From: Iphione sp. A-MEVVRFRX5
Taxonomy: Eukaryota
Direction: 5' to 3'
Length of the DNA: 64,000 nucleotides
Assembly (NCBI GenBank): GCA_976226885.1
Contig: OZ320318.1
Span: 59,024,001 to 59,088,000, forward strand
A model generated the notes under the pieces. The model had not been told where the DNA came from, made no database searches, and saw only the letters and a program-made list of their open reading frames with translations. The stretch's first letter is position 1; every line of letters starts with the position of its first letter. Of the stretch, positions 27,701-41,265 are shown piece after piece. The translations under genes and the position numbers were made by a program.

Positions 27701-28448
27701 ACAGATAGTGAATAGCCGATTCATCTCCCATGAACAGCTATATCTTACTTGGATTAAGAGAGAGAGACAGATGGAGATAGGAGAAAGACAAGACAGAGAA
27801 ACAGAGAAGATTTAAACAGAGTGGGGAGGCGTTCCTATCACATACATGTATTTATTTTCCTTAGAACTGAGCTAACTGATATAAATCATACGCTACACGT
27901 CTACTTCTTTACTTGCAATCGCAATTTTCTTCTGCACTATAATATATAATATACTTTCCTCAGATCACATCTGGATGAGACATTTAGCCATAGGGCTCTT
28001 TTTTCAGACAACGATTTAAAAGGGTAGTAGAAAATAGCTTTAAAAATATAATGAAGGTAATAAATATCCTATGCTGACAATCGTATGTAAGTTGCAAGAG
28101 TGTAAAACATTATTCCAACAGAATATAAGCCCAAACCGCTCCATTTAATAAGCCATATTGTGAACCACTAATGAAATAGCCGATCTAAATGGAAAGGAAA
28201 TACATGTACATGTACATAATTAAGAGTGTAAATTAGGGCAGATACCATATCCAGAGTGAAACAACTATCTAGGAACTGACTTAAGCATAATCTGTACAGA
28301 TCGGCGGTTAAACACCAGAGACACGTCCAACTAGACCTTAAGGCGGGAACAAAAAGGCAGCACTGAAGTTTTCAGTAAACCGCAATACTGAAATAACTGA
28401 ATTCAATAGGCAACGCCTGCAAAAGGAGGTTACTGAGTACATGTATAC

Positions 28449-28460
28449 CTCTGGTGCTAC
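28449..28460 (-). CDS. Candidate 12-nt microexon (VAPE)
   Basis: gttcgtttttcactcactag|GTAGCACCAGAG|gtatac; phase 0-0 within a phase-0 intron. Confidence 0.25.
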
Positions 28461-30015
28461 CTAGTGAGTGAAAAACGAACTATATTGGTGTCAGAATCAG
28501 TCTATTGCACGGCAGGCCCTGTGATTTATGAGAGTAAAAATGGAATTAATAAAGAGATCCCCGTTACGGTTGGTTTTATTGTAAAGGTAGGCTAGACCGC
28601 TTCACAAAACCTTGGCATGCGTGAAGCGGAAATCCACCTTGCCACACCCACCATATTCTTGCAGATGTACAGATAAGTACCGCCAAACTATTCTCAAGGA
28701 TATAAATTCAGGCACAACGTACACGGAGGCACATATATTCAGCGCCTGTGGAAGATTTATTACTCTACAGCTGTAAAACTATTCTGTTATTGTATGCACA
28801 TTCTAACGTCCGCTCGTAGATGTTATTAAAATAACACCCCAGTAATGTCGACCATACTTCTCTCCTTCAACAGGGAATAGCTCGGCTAAGTTCTTTCTAG
28901 ATATCAATAGAACTTTCAAATATTGCTTAGCTTAGGATATGCTATTGGTGCAAAAAATTAGAGGTACCTGCAATTTTTTTCCATGCACTCAAATAAAGAT
29001 GACTTATCGTCACCTCGTGGCAAACACAAGTTCTAACTTTCCAAGTTTCTAGCAGCTGCACTGGGAAATAAGAAATGTATTAACAAATGAGACCGATTTC
29101 TGCCAAAGGAAAAGGAAATTAGGACCACACCCGCATAATTTCTTATATAGATAATGCCTGACAATGCAACAGAGGTTAATGTGGGTACTTATAAAGAGGT
29201 ACAAAAAATGGATAAGAATGGCAGGTCAAATCCGGCATGGCTTCATGAAACATTAAACACAAGACTTTTTTGGTGTTGAAATATTAGCATGAGTCATGAG
29301 AAAATAAACAAAGCACACTTCTAAGTCGGTGAACCCATATCCTATAATATCACAAAAAGAAGGCAGGGGTTAGTAGTGCATAACAGCACATGACCAATCT
29401 CAGGCATGCTAAGTCCACACTGAGGGCAGCGGTGAAAAGCCAGGTTCACATCTCAAGGTTAGGGACAGAATTAATCAACTGATTGTACGACAACTTGGGG
29501 AAAAGGGTTACTGAAGATGAAGCGGTTCTCTTTTCGTGTGCTCATTTCATTTGGTTGCGCAGACCGGAGAAAACCCTCAAGACTATTACTGCTAGGTGTG
29601 AGTGCATTGTAGTAAGCTTCTATGGGTGAAACTGTATCTTGAGATGCGATCCCGCGGCCATTAGACTGAGACAAACGGGTCGAGTTGGTCGAGGTTTTGG
29701 ACAGGAAAGCCTGATGTACATCTTGCGACTGATTTTAGGCGATTCTAACACACGCAAAAATTGAAATCCTTCATAAAGTAGTATTTTTTCAAATCGATTT
29801 CTCTCGAGGCCTTGGGTCCGGCATGACTGAGGTCTGCGAGGTTTAACACCTCTCAACTACAAGACTCTAGTCTGCGTCAGTTACGTATAATTATAACATT
29901 ATAACTTTGTACCGCCTGTTCAATACGGTTGGCCGCCTAACCATCACAAGATGTGCACCAGGCTGAAGGAGTGTGCCACTCTTATGAACACAGGTTGGTG
30001 TAAAGGAGCGCATAC

Positions 30016-30117
30016 CTGCCACTCCGGGTCACCCAGGGAGAGGGACTGGTCGGTGGAGCACCGACTCTGTCGTTTCAGCTGAAGATGTTTTAGCCATGCC
30101 TTGCGTCGTCTCGAGGC
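30016..30117 (-). CDS. Internal coding exon (ASRRRKAWLKHLQLKRQSRCSTDQSLSLGDPEWQ)
   Basis: Acceptor aacag|, donor CAG|gtatgc, 102 nt. Only the phase-0 frame is open, and that is the phase left by the upstream 31495 exon. Confidence 0.75.
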
Positions 30118-31166
30118 CTGTTATACATATCGATGTTTGTACGTTAGACCACGCACAGTAGCAACACACAAATACACACAATCACACGAGGCGTCCACAT
30201 TGGGATTTCATGACTACGGGTTAAGTCAGTAATGGCCACGTTAATTGAATAAGAAACAAAGTGTTGTCATAAAGATAAATAATGCACGTACGCGCCTCGC
30301 ATATAAGTGACAAATCATAGAATTAAAACGTCAGCCTGCCAATCTGACACCCTTTTCCAAATAAAAAAAATGAAGATAATGTTGCCAGATGTTGGACAGG
30401 GATTAGCCCGAGTTGAAAATGAAAGTGCCCGTGCAAACGGTACCGCGGCGTTAAAACGATAGAATAGAACAGAATGAATTTAACCACCGTTTTTCCGAAA
30501 CCACTCACTGAAAACAATATGACACGTGTGTTTTCTTGCAACCATCCGTACATCTGCAGCCTTTACTATACATACACACTGCTAAAGGTGAATCAGGTGT
30601 GTCGTGACACAACATTTTAGACAGCAATCTTGATAAGGTGAACGTTGCCATAAGCTTTTCTATTTTAGAGCGCTGTTCAGTGCTATTCCTGATTGGCAGA
30701 TACCAGACCCACAACAGACGATTGTGTTTTTTAAATGAGTTTTTGTCTGGCTGAAACAATCCAATACGTAATTCATCAAGCAAAATTTCTAACCGCACTG
30801 TCATACAAATACAATGTATATATACATTAAATTGATAGGGAGTCCAACATACATTATTAGGACTATGTGGCTCTGAGTTACCGGCCTGTCAGAGTGACGC
30901 TTTGAAGGTACTAACCCCATAAATGCTGGGCCTTGTTAACTGTAATGGAACTGGTATGTTTCCAGATATTTATATCCATATTTCATTGCATCCTTTTCAA
31001 TATCGGCAGAAGCCCATGATATCTCAACAGATATATCAGTGTACGACCAGGCCGAACAATACATCTGGCCCCACGCTCCATGTCCACAATGGATGAAAAC
31101 AATCAACACGAAATTGATATTCTAACCCTCCTACAAAATGCAGTATACACAGCGCCAACCGGAACA

Positions 31167-31168
<2 letters not shown>

Positions 31169-31198
<30 letters not shown>
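31169..31198. repeat. (AT)n microsatellite
   Basis: Direct reading of the sequence. Confidence 0.95.
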
Positions 31199-31202
<4 letters not shown>

Positions 31203-31494
31203 GTTCGTAAATTCAAAGAGAAAGAGAAAATTCCCAGAAAATAATATCGATGCTGTCATGTTGCTTCAGTTCCTTTTTGAGCTTATTATGTAGTCTCGCA
31301 CTTAATTCAAGGTTAAACGTGGTTCCCAAAGTTAGGCAGGAGTCACTGTGCACGTTCAACATAAAGACGTCCGACATCCGACAAAATAATAAGACAAGAA
31401 AGACCCCATAATGCTAAAATAATACAACAAAACAAATATGAAACCCGTTCCTCCAGCCCACTATCTACCTGAAGACAAGCCTAACTACACTTAC

Positions 31495-31979
31495 CGAGTG
31501 TTCGACGACGGCGATGCCGCTATCTATCTCGCTGTCCTTTTCCTCGCTCCGGCTGCGGTCGTAGCTGTTGGCCGCCGAACTGTGTGCCGCGTATGACATG
31601 GACGGCCGGCTCAGGTCGACGTCGTCTTCTTCGTCGCGCCCTCGGGGACCCGGCCGATCATAGCGCACGCCGATGTCGTCCTCGTCATCGCCCAAACCTC
31701 CGTTGCGCGTGAAGAGCTCTTCGAAGTCGGCGTCGCCCGAGGGGGGCCCGGGGCTCGGGCCGTCGTTTTCTGAATGCGAGATGTCCGGCTGGCTCTGCGC
31801 CATGCGACTGTCGTCCAGACTCTTCTTTGTGAGCTTGTCGCGACTGCGCGACCGGAACCGGCGGGCCGAGCGTTTGAGCGAGTTCCACATCTTCCGGTGG
31901 CGGCTGACAGGCGGCGAGTCGCCCTCGCGCACGTCGAGCGAGCTCTTGGACCGCCGCTCATCCCCCGCCCCCCGCGCAC
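31495..31979 (-). CDS. MCTP: Large coding exon; probable N-terminal region of a multiple C2 and transmembrane domain-containing protein (MCTP family)
   Basis: Acceptor ttggttattag|, donor TCG|gtaagt, 485 nt, phase 1-0, very GC3-rich. The peptide KMWNSLKRSARR...KSLDDSRMAQSQPDIS resembles, from memory, MCTP2 (WGSLKQR...LDRRLSLSVPDL) and MCTP1 (WSGFKKRK...SSSQPNL). The exon itself is about 0.9 certain; family identity is about 0.6 because no C2 domain is in the window. Confidence 0.7.
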
Positions 31980-33840
31980 CTAATAACCAAAATACACACA
32001 CAAACAAGGGAGCATGTCAAACGTTTGTCAATGGGCCATCAGTCAGTGTAGGCGAGCAGTCATAAAACATCCCTTCCAACAGATCGATCAGCCTGAAATT
32101 TACAGGGAGAAAATGCTACTCGCTGGAACTAACGATGACATTTAAACAGATCAGTTAACAGCGGTAACTGACAACGTCCCAAACAATTTGAGCTAAATTT
32201 GACAGATCTGTTAATTTAGGATGGAAGGACGAGTTCTATGCTGCCGATATTAAGGGTAATACAGGTACCAACACGTACATGTACCTATGAATATTACATG
32301 TGTACGGCACATGGCGCCTTTCTCAAAATGCACCGTTAGTGGAGAGGGAAATGAGATAGAAGAACATACAGTGATAGTCCACAGATAGATAGACAGACAT
32401 TAGAAGATTCATAGGCAATGCAGGTACACGTCCAGTCATATGTAAATACACGTACATTGTACTGGTTGAACAAGTAACAATTGTCCCTGTTTGCTTCTCG
32501 CATCGGTTGTCTAGAACGAGCATAAATACCACCAAAAGTGACAAGGCGTGAATAACTTTCTGCAGCATCTGCAGGTACTGTCGCGATCCATCATATATAC
32601 ACGGCCATGAATATGGAATATGCTACAGTAAGTTCTACCCAAATGGAATTATTCGACCAACCCTCTCAAAGGATGGAAAAACACACACACATGCAAAAAA
32701 TCTCCCCAAACAGACGCTTCCAACCTAAACATGGCTTATCTACCGCTCGCACCTGCTAGCGGCCACATGGGTACACTGTCCCGAGACAGTTCATGGTCTG
32801 CCACGAGCCAAAGCTGTTTCACATAGGAACTCTTAAAGAGACTGTGCTGGTTAGTCGGCTACACAACTCCCGTCCGAATGAAAATACGTGCTCTTGGTCA
32901 TTCCACCAACAAGCGACGCAGCCATCTGATTTGCCGCCCGTCGTTAATCATTGTTCTTTCTTTAACTACCTGTGTCCATTCCTAGGGCATGACATGTATC
33001 GCATGCTATGGTTGCGGACAATTACCTCCTCATGGTGAATAATGGTATCTGAAAAGCAATGAATTAATCTATGAAACGGGGGACAGGCATTCCCTATCGA
33101 CTTATTTCTTCTATGAATGGGAAACGATCGGACGATTTTAAAAGAACACCAAACTGCTAATAACAGGCTTTCAGTACGGGGAGGATAGGTTCCTTGCACA
33201 GACTCTCTTTGTTCATAGAAATGGCATCAAATACCATTTGCTGATTCTAAAGGTTTTTCTAGAAGTTTCCACGGTGTAACGTATTTCTTCTGCTTCATCT
33301 CAGAAAGCCACAAAACCGGCCGTTCAATCTTCCTCATCCAGCCTCACCTACTGCTACATTAATGCCCTCAATAGACAGGGTAGTGACCAACATTTTCAGG
33401 TGGCTTCACATACGCTGGCTTCCCTGATGGCTTCGTGTTCGTTCCTCTGACAAAAAGCAGACCTCTCCTAGAGGTCACCTGCCCTCGAGGCATTCCTTTC
33501 TGTGCCTGACATTAATCACGGCTGGTGTTTCACACAAAAGCAATAAAGAATTTCTTTTTAACATCTTGGCATGAATCACATGTACTGATGGGCAGGTTGA
33601 AGCATTTCACACAATACCCTGCACGATACTGCCTCGATGTATATTGCAGTGGACTCTCGGCAACGAAACCGCTAAACAAAGAGGGCAATCTTAAGTAGCG
33701 GCATCTTGACCTGGTTATAGTAATGTATACTACATAGGGAAAACATCCCAGATAGGAGAGCAGCTTATTTCTACAGATAACTACCTTTAGTAGTTGTACT
33801 CGAGTAGCCGGTTTTTAGATCCACTGAAAAGTTATACCGG

Positions 33841-33882
33841 GGAATAGCTATTGCATGGAATATCCCATGTAATAGCTATTCC
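33841..33882. repeat. Near-perfect inverted repeat, 18-bp stem and 6-nt loop
   Basis: GGAATAGCTATTGCATGG-aatatc-CCATGTAATAGCTATTCC, with one G-T pair. Confidence 0.9.
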
Positions 33883-34199
33883 TTGCAGACGGTACAACTA
33901 TGTCAATGTTAAACCGTTGTGTAAGTTTTGATTACGTAATACCTCTCCAATCACCGTGAAAATGTGAGTAATATTTAATAAAGAATTATTAAAAATGCAT
34001 TCAACGTTGTTTCTGTTTGTTTTAGACCTATTTGGTCTTAAAGTAACTGTAAACATTGAAATGTAATAACCTTTTCTGTAATTGTCGACCGAAGCGACGT
34101 GGTAACGCGACTGACGTCATGTCGTAATAATAAATTTTACGACAAGTAGTCATTCGGTTGTAGCAGATGACTCTGAAAGACGCTTGCTTTGGGTGTGGG

Positions 34200-34840
34200 T
34201 TTTACTGTACTTGTACACAGTAGACATCAAACATATTATGCAAAAAAGTTCTGAAGGGTTTTAAAGTGTTAAATGACAAGCAATTGATTAGCTCCAAGTA
34301 GAAGAGACTTTCTTTATCGAAAGAGTAGAAAAATCTTCTTCCACATAAGAGAACTCGAGAGTAATCGATACTTTGGCTTGGAGTGCTGGTGTCCCTGGAA
34401 AGAACAATTAAAGCCATCCCGGAAGCCAATGTGGATCACACGAGACACGAGGCGGTGAGCCCTCCTACCCGAAATATCGACAGCTCCCCTTGACTTGGCA
34501 CACTACTTAACTATATCGACAACTCGGTTCAGAGGCCACCTGTACCAAAGACGCCTTCCCCCATCCCTGGCAGCTTAAGCAGAGTCAGATGTGAGGTCGG
34601 GCCTTACGAACGACCTGCCACGACAGCACCAGGTGTTATGGCTGGTGGGACCACTACACGAGCGACCAAATCACCGGCACTTCCTTTATCCACAGGTTTA
34701 CATCTAATAACGCCGTCATCTTTCAAGTGGATGTACTTACCCTCCACCTCCAAACACTCCACTGAATGGTAAAACTCATGCCTTCGAAGCTGAAGAATCC
34801 TTAAACCAAGCATTTTGACAACCGGCTGACACGCCAAACT
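34200..34840 (-). mobile_element. Possible heavily decayed Ty3/Gypsy pol fragment (integrase zinc-binding and core region)
   Basis: HLKDDGVIRCK...ARVVVPPAI, then (frameshifted) WYRWPLNRVVDIVK*CAK and AVDISG, in the order expected for the pre-integrase, H2C2 and core segments. Stops and frameshifts throughout. Confidence 0.35.
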
Positions 34841-35562
34841 GCGCTACCTCTGCCTTCTCCTGACCCACGCTACCCTCTGAACGATGTCGTTGAACCGTGC
34901 CGGTTCTAGCGACAATCTACAAAGCGGGGTCTGCCAATTTCGCCTAGGAAATATGTGTCATCGTGCTATGCGTGTCCAAGACAATTTCCTATCGTGTTAT
35001 ATAAGTCCGTGCCAAGTGTTTCAAAACATTTCACAATAACGCGAATATCGTACTGTATGTCTTCAATCGTTGCTGAAAACAACTGACCTACAACGACATT
35101 AGTTACCTCGTTAAAATTCCACTACATGTCTTATTAATCTAAGGAATACACTGTCATATGACAGCAGTACCTTTATGCAACTTAGCGGCAACTTTCACTC
35201 GTATTATAAACATGGATCGCGAAAAAAAACAGGGTGCCTGGCAGGAGAGACATCCAACTAGTAAATATAACTATACAAAATTAGTTTAGAATCCAATAGA
35301 TATGTAAAAAGCAAATGTGCACTGCATCCACTGTTTATAACATACACACACTAGAAGCCAGGGATTTCCTGTACAGTGTACATCACCCCTCGCTGCATGT
35401 ATTCCACCCAAACTACCTCAATACTGAGGGACCCCTCAGTGGTATCATCACGAAACAAGAATCATACGATACCCTGCTTCTTAGTTGAAAGGAAATCAGT
35501 AGGGAAACGCCTTATTTTAGAGTGCTTACTAATCACCTTCTTCCGATACATACCGTCCTCAC

Positions 35563-35661
35563 TTGACTGTTCAATATCATTGTCAGCAGGATCAACGTCG
35601 TTGTCGGACGACGTGACCGTATCCTGTCTGGGCGCTTTCTTCTTTCGACGAAATTTTTGCC
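35563..35661 (-). CDS. Internal coding exon (GQKFRRKKKAPRQDTVTSSDNDVDPADNDIEQS)
   Basis: Acceptor tgtatttaaag|, donor TCAA|gtgagg, 99 nt, phase 1-1; joins in frame to the phase-1 acceptor at 31979. Confidence 0.7.
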
Positions 35662-38600
35662 CTTTAAATACAATTTCATTTAATAAAGCTAGGTGTCATT
35701 TATGCAGAGATTCATCTAACGAAAAATGTCCAAATTATTTCATATACATTTACACGCAACTTCTTTAAAAGTCTGTTGTTGAGGCGAATAGTGTTAGCTA
35801 TTTTAGATGAAACGAGAATAACTCTTTCCTGCGTATGATATATAAAACAAAGAAACAGTAAGCTATTTTAGTTCATAACTTCCAAGAGGGTTATTTGTTT
35901 TCAGTGTAGCCATTGCCTTAAATCTAGCGAACGCATGTTAATATTCACACATGTCATTTCTTGTCTTGCTGAGACAGAACCATAAATATGCTTTAGCACA
36001 TTGGGTCTAGGCGATGATGGCTGTTAATATGCGGGTCATTAAATTTTTTTCGCAGTAGACTCATAAAATAATGTCGATTACAAAAAAATCAACACCCGAG
36101 TCCGCAACTGGGGCAACTGTCCATTATTGTAATATGTACATGTATGCATACATACACACATTAGTACACAAATCAACTACGAGCAAGACCTGGTGATCTG
36201 TGAAAATGCACGCTATCGCATTTGTCGATCACTACGTACGGAAGAATCTAACAAGAATACCTACTCCAATCACGCCTCTGGGACGTTTTTTCGGTATCGC
36301 TTGGCTGTTTCTCGTTCTTTTTGACCGCCATCTCAAAGTACAGACTGTTGCTCGGTGTTCTCTATACACGTAATTGTTCTGCCCTCAGAAAACTGAACAC
36401 CGCCTTGAAGCGTTTGTAGCCTTTACTATACAGGAGTTCAGAAGATTCCTTTCAGGAGGTAAGCTGAGCACAGGTTTAAGGCAGCAATACCATGCTATAT
36501 TCAGATTAAATACGTGAGGAATATGCTGGTCACACGGCCAACTGATCTCTTTTTAGTATCAAAGGCCTTGCTCGAAAAGCTCAGCGAAACGATCTTCTGG
36601 AAATACTGACGGTGTGATGTTAGGGCAGGCACAATCTGATTTCAGATGCTGGCTACCTACATCTGCAGTATGATTTTACAAATGCATGTACTGGTTGTGC
36701 ATATGAGAACTTATTCGTGCCGTAATCTGCGTATTGTGGTACACGGTAGGAACCAAATGCAGGAACCCCTCTCCGAAAACGTGGCTGTTACAAAAGACTC
36801 TTCAGCGTTGGGATAGAAGAGCCATAAGATTCCTTCTCCTTTTCCCTGGCAGCAGCTCCGTTAAGTTATGCGGACATAGGGAGCTAGTGGTGAGCATATA
36901 TATTCGACGTCCAGATAGAGAAGTCCTTGTTCGTTCTCTCTCCCTGTTTTACCGTGAGTCATGTAACTAAATATCTGGAAAACTCAGTCAGTATTGAAAC
37001 TGTTATCAACAGGTGGATTCAATGTGTGAGGGGAGAGGATGACATTTGGTCCGCAATTTCTCTTCGTAGGTTCAATGCGCCAGAGACAATCTCTGTCCTT
37101 CACAAGTTGAGGATTCCAAATTCGAAATGGCGCGATCACAGGTGGGATGAGGACGTGTGTTGTGAGGCTGAGATGCCTGATGCTTTATGTATAACGCCAA
37201 GCGCAGTCTCCATGGAATCCAAACAAACAAACGTATTGACCAGAAAGAAGGGAGACCTGAGCTGTATGTAGTGCGTCCATTAAGTGTAGCACAATCTCCC
37301 ATAAAGGTTGAAACGATGTCCAGGGAGTGTGTCCCTCTTAAATGTGAAGTGAAACGGGAGGTGGCGGTCTGTCCGTCCTTCACCACTAATCAGCCGCCGA
37401 CAATTCCACGCGGCCACTGCATCGCCGTTCCGGACGACTACGTTTACTACGCCCGACTGCCTCTGCCCGCCGTCGGCCTGGGATGCCGCGCCGGTGAAGA
37501 TCGATAGGCAGGGGTTAGGGGAAAGGGGGGGGGGTACTTCCAGGTGAGGCAACAGGTGATGAAGACACAGCTGCCTGGTACTGGAAGTGTGACGGGCAGG
37601 CGGGCGGAAGGGGGGACCCTCAAGGGTATGTCGGGCTAGTTCATGACGGCACAACTCATAGATTTCCAAACCAACAAAGAAAAGGATGTACTAAACGCTC
37701 ACATATTATTTCCTTCTGTGTATGGATTTGGTTTGATATTAATGGATCTGGAGTTCGATGCACTTTTGGCAAATTTTCGATCGTTTGGATACTTTAAGTG
37801 TCGGGCTCAGACCGCCTTTCTTCAAACAAATACATGTATACATGTACACTGAGAATTTCCAAAGAAATTCTTTTAATAAATGTACCGTGATGGCACGCAT
37901 CAGTTCGTTTGACGTAGCTATAAAACAACCCGCGTCTAACTCAATGTCAGCTATCAGATGTAATATTATGTAACTCATTGGTTATGTACATAGTCATGTA
38001 TGCATGAACGTGTATTACAAACTGCCCAGAACTGCCGTGTGTCGAGTATTGGATTGCATTGTCTTCCTGATACAATAATATACATGTACACGCAGGCAAA
38101 CACACTCACCTTACACTGCAGGACGGAATATCGTGGGAAATGATACAATAACGGTCTGCTCAGGAAAACTATGCTTACAACAATGGAAAATATCAAAACC
38201 GATGTGTTGTGTAACTGTTGCTAAGTCTGTTTGTTAATTCGAAAGGATTTGAGCGAACCACTGAAAAGCAGCTGTACATGTACATACATAATGGAACAGA
38301 GTTCATTCGTTATTTCTTTAATCTGTGCACTAAATCTGAAACAAGAAAGGAGAAAAGAACAAATATACCAGTTGGGCTAGTTAAGGTTGAATTTCCTTTA
38401 ATGCATCTTTCAACGACCGTGACGGTGTGCATCTTTGGGAACTATGGATTTGACCAGGAGATATATTTCTTTTACCATGTTTCCACAGCTGTGAGAGCAT
38501 GCTTTTGCGTCTTGCAAAGCAGTATAGGAAAAGTGAACATGACATAAGCTTGTAAGCTATATTTCATGGGGGGAAACATATTTCTGCACACTACCACACA

Positions 38601-40134
38601 TCCATGAATAAAATTTGCCAGTTTGGGGGGGGGGGGGTGAAAAATATATGCATTTTGCTGTTTCCTTCAGAATTTGCATGAATTTTGCCAATTTCTACTA
38701 TTTTTCTTGGACTGAACTTGCATAAATACCTTGACAGTTGAACGCTCAAGTAATACTAGTCACTCCGCTAAATAATGCCACAGAACTTTACGGTTCAGTT
38801 TTGAATTGCTAGCTTTTATTTATACAGTTGTGCTAAACTTAGTCCTTGCATCATCACTCCTGTAGAAGGGCCAAGTCACCAAGCTCCGAAACGTTAAGTT
38901 TGTAGTACACATCAGCAATAAAGCCACAATTAAAACAAAAGCAGTGGTCATTGGGTTTTGTTTTGACTTCTGTCTTTACTGAATTAGTCTTTGCATAAAA
39001 ATAAGTGTTTTGTACATGTTCTGACGAAACCTACTTTGAAATAAAATACAGAAGAACTATGATCCAACAATTCCATAACATCATTCGTACGTATTTTTCT
39101 TGAGGATCTTATGCTGCTGCACTCAACAGGCTGCAAACTATGGGAACGTATTAGTTCTTGGATAAGGCTAGGATTCAACTGAAATAACTCACAAGAAGTG
39201 GTAATTCTTATGCTCAAAATGTCATTAAACATTGACAAACTATCAACCTTATTACCCCTCCCTCATTTTGAAACTGATATAGTGGTTGTTCTGGGAAAAC
39301 CGGGGGCTATCTTTCATAGAAGAACCCCTCTCTTTGCCCAGAGAAAGACAATCCTCTGTAATTTTCTCAAACTAGTGTAGTGTAGTGTACCCAGTGAAAT
39401 ACGAGAAAGATAAAGGACTTGTTGTAAAGGTATGATAGAAAGATACCCGTTGTGACAGAACTTAGGCATGCATTAAGAACTTTAACAGAGACGTATAATT
39501 CTGCAAACAAACCTCTATGTACGTAATAAGGTGTCTGAAGAAAATTATTTTCAATAATCTTTATGTGAAGTAATGCTTAGCTAATTATGGAAGATAAATT
39601 GATACTATGGTCATGAATATTAATCTCAGCCACAATGAAAACATATGGAATTTGTATACATGTGTACTTCATTTTTTAAAATTAATAATCAACCATGTCA
39701 CATACTCCCTTATACATTGTATTCGTAACACGAAACCACCAGTGCAGAGTGCAGGGTATTTTATGTGCATGTATATGAACATCCTTGTATGAAAAGAACG
39801 GTAACCTGTGAGCTCTGTAGTCCTCCACCAGATGTTCAAGTGGAACAATGTGTAATTGGTTCTGATTGGCTGAACGGAGATTTAGACATAGACTCTCTCA
39901 AATACATACATTTTGATGATAAATTCCCGTGCATACCGAGTGATAATCCCGATTCCCGGAGAATTTTATAGGGAGATTCTACTAAGCGATGGGAGATACA
40001 CGTTCGTGGAACCTATAGTGATTGAAAATGAATGGAAAATCTTTCTCTAAAAGGGCATTTAAGTTTATGTATAGTGACTTAAACTGAACACTGATGGCAA
40101 AAGGTAGCAATCATATATACATGGGCTAACCGTC

Positions 40135-40163
40135 TATCTGCCTGTCTGTCTGTCTTGTCTGCC

Positions 40164-40240
<77 letters not shown>
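40135..40240. repeat. Compound (CTGT)n-(CT)n microsatellite
   Basis: Direct reading of the sequence. Confidence 0.95.
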
Positions 40241-40245
<5 letters not shown>

Positions 40246-41265
40246 CCTTTCATCTCTATTACAATCTAGAGACATTGCCAATAGTTGGGCCCATCAGCAT
40301 ATAAACCTTAGAAGCCACCTTCTCACCTTCTTTCCCTGCCCCTTCACTGCTGAATGAACACTATACAACGTTGGTCGATTCGTTACGGATCCATCTGCTT
40401 TGATACTGCAGAAAGCACTGCAAACATTCAATCACAATATCTGTATGATATAGCCGAGATTTGATGTATAAAATATAAACTCGACATTTCGAATACCTTC
40501 AATAGTCGCAAATATACCCTGGGCAACCAAAGTATACCGGTATATTGTTGTCTTACATATCCTTTCTAAATATAAGTAGGTTATCAATTTTGACAGGTAA
40601 ATAGCAAATTTCCACATCGCCATGAAATGGAACACATGACTCAACACTGACAATGTAGATAACATTTATATTAGCCATATTGTTAGATGGTCAACAAAAT
40701 GCTGCGCAACAACAATTCTGCTCAACAAAATTTTACTGAAACTGATTTACCGATAGCTGTAAAAGCAATCAACTAAATTAGCCCCTTATTCAAATCGAAA
40801 ACGGTACATGAATAGATACCAGGAGGTTGTCCTTCTTGATACGCTATTTGAAATGATACATGTTCGGATAAAATAGTAAATATCTGTTTAACAGATGCTT
40901 TTGATACTAAAACAAAAATACAATAAAACGAACTGATCCGTGTACACATGCAGAGGAAAACTGGCCAACAGGTGTGCGATGCATATGCAAATGATGTGTA
41001 AGGCCAGTATCACAACAAGGTACGTCGACCAGGGGCCTGTCAGTGTCAAGAGTCAGGGATATCTATCTCCACTGGAACATACCGTCAAACTACGTAACAA
41101 AATGTCTGAAGAGAGAGAGACTGTTCACCTGGAATAATTCTCCCTATTATCAAATTCTGATAAGAAAGCGCAAGCTAACTGCATATAAACAGCACAACAG
41201 AAGATCCAGAATACTGAAATTCTTAATCCAGATGACCAGTATGTAATACATCACATATATGTATC

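Noticed and set aside
19925-27815. ORFs composed mostly of X
   Set aside because: Artefacts of the three N gaps.
31611-32065. Additional long ORFs (31673-32065 +, 31611-31979 -, 31685-31888 -, 31774-31983 +)
   Set aside because: Shadow frames of the GC-rich true exon 31495-31979; only that frame has matching splice phases.
38984-39971. Protein-like short ORFs (38984-39238 -, 39765-39971 +)
   Set aside because: AT-rich codon usage unlike the host exons, incompatible phase, and no motif recognised.
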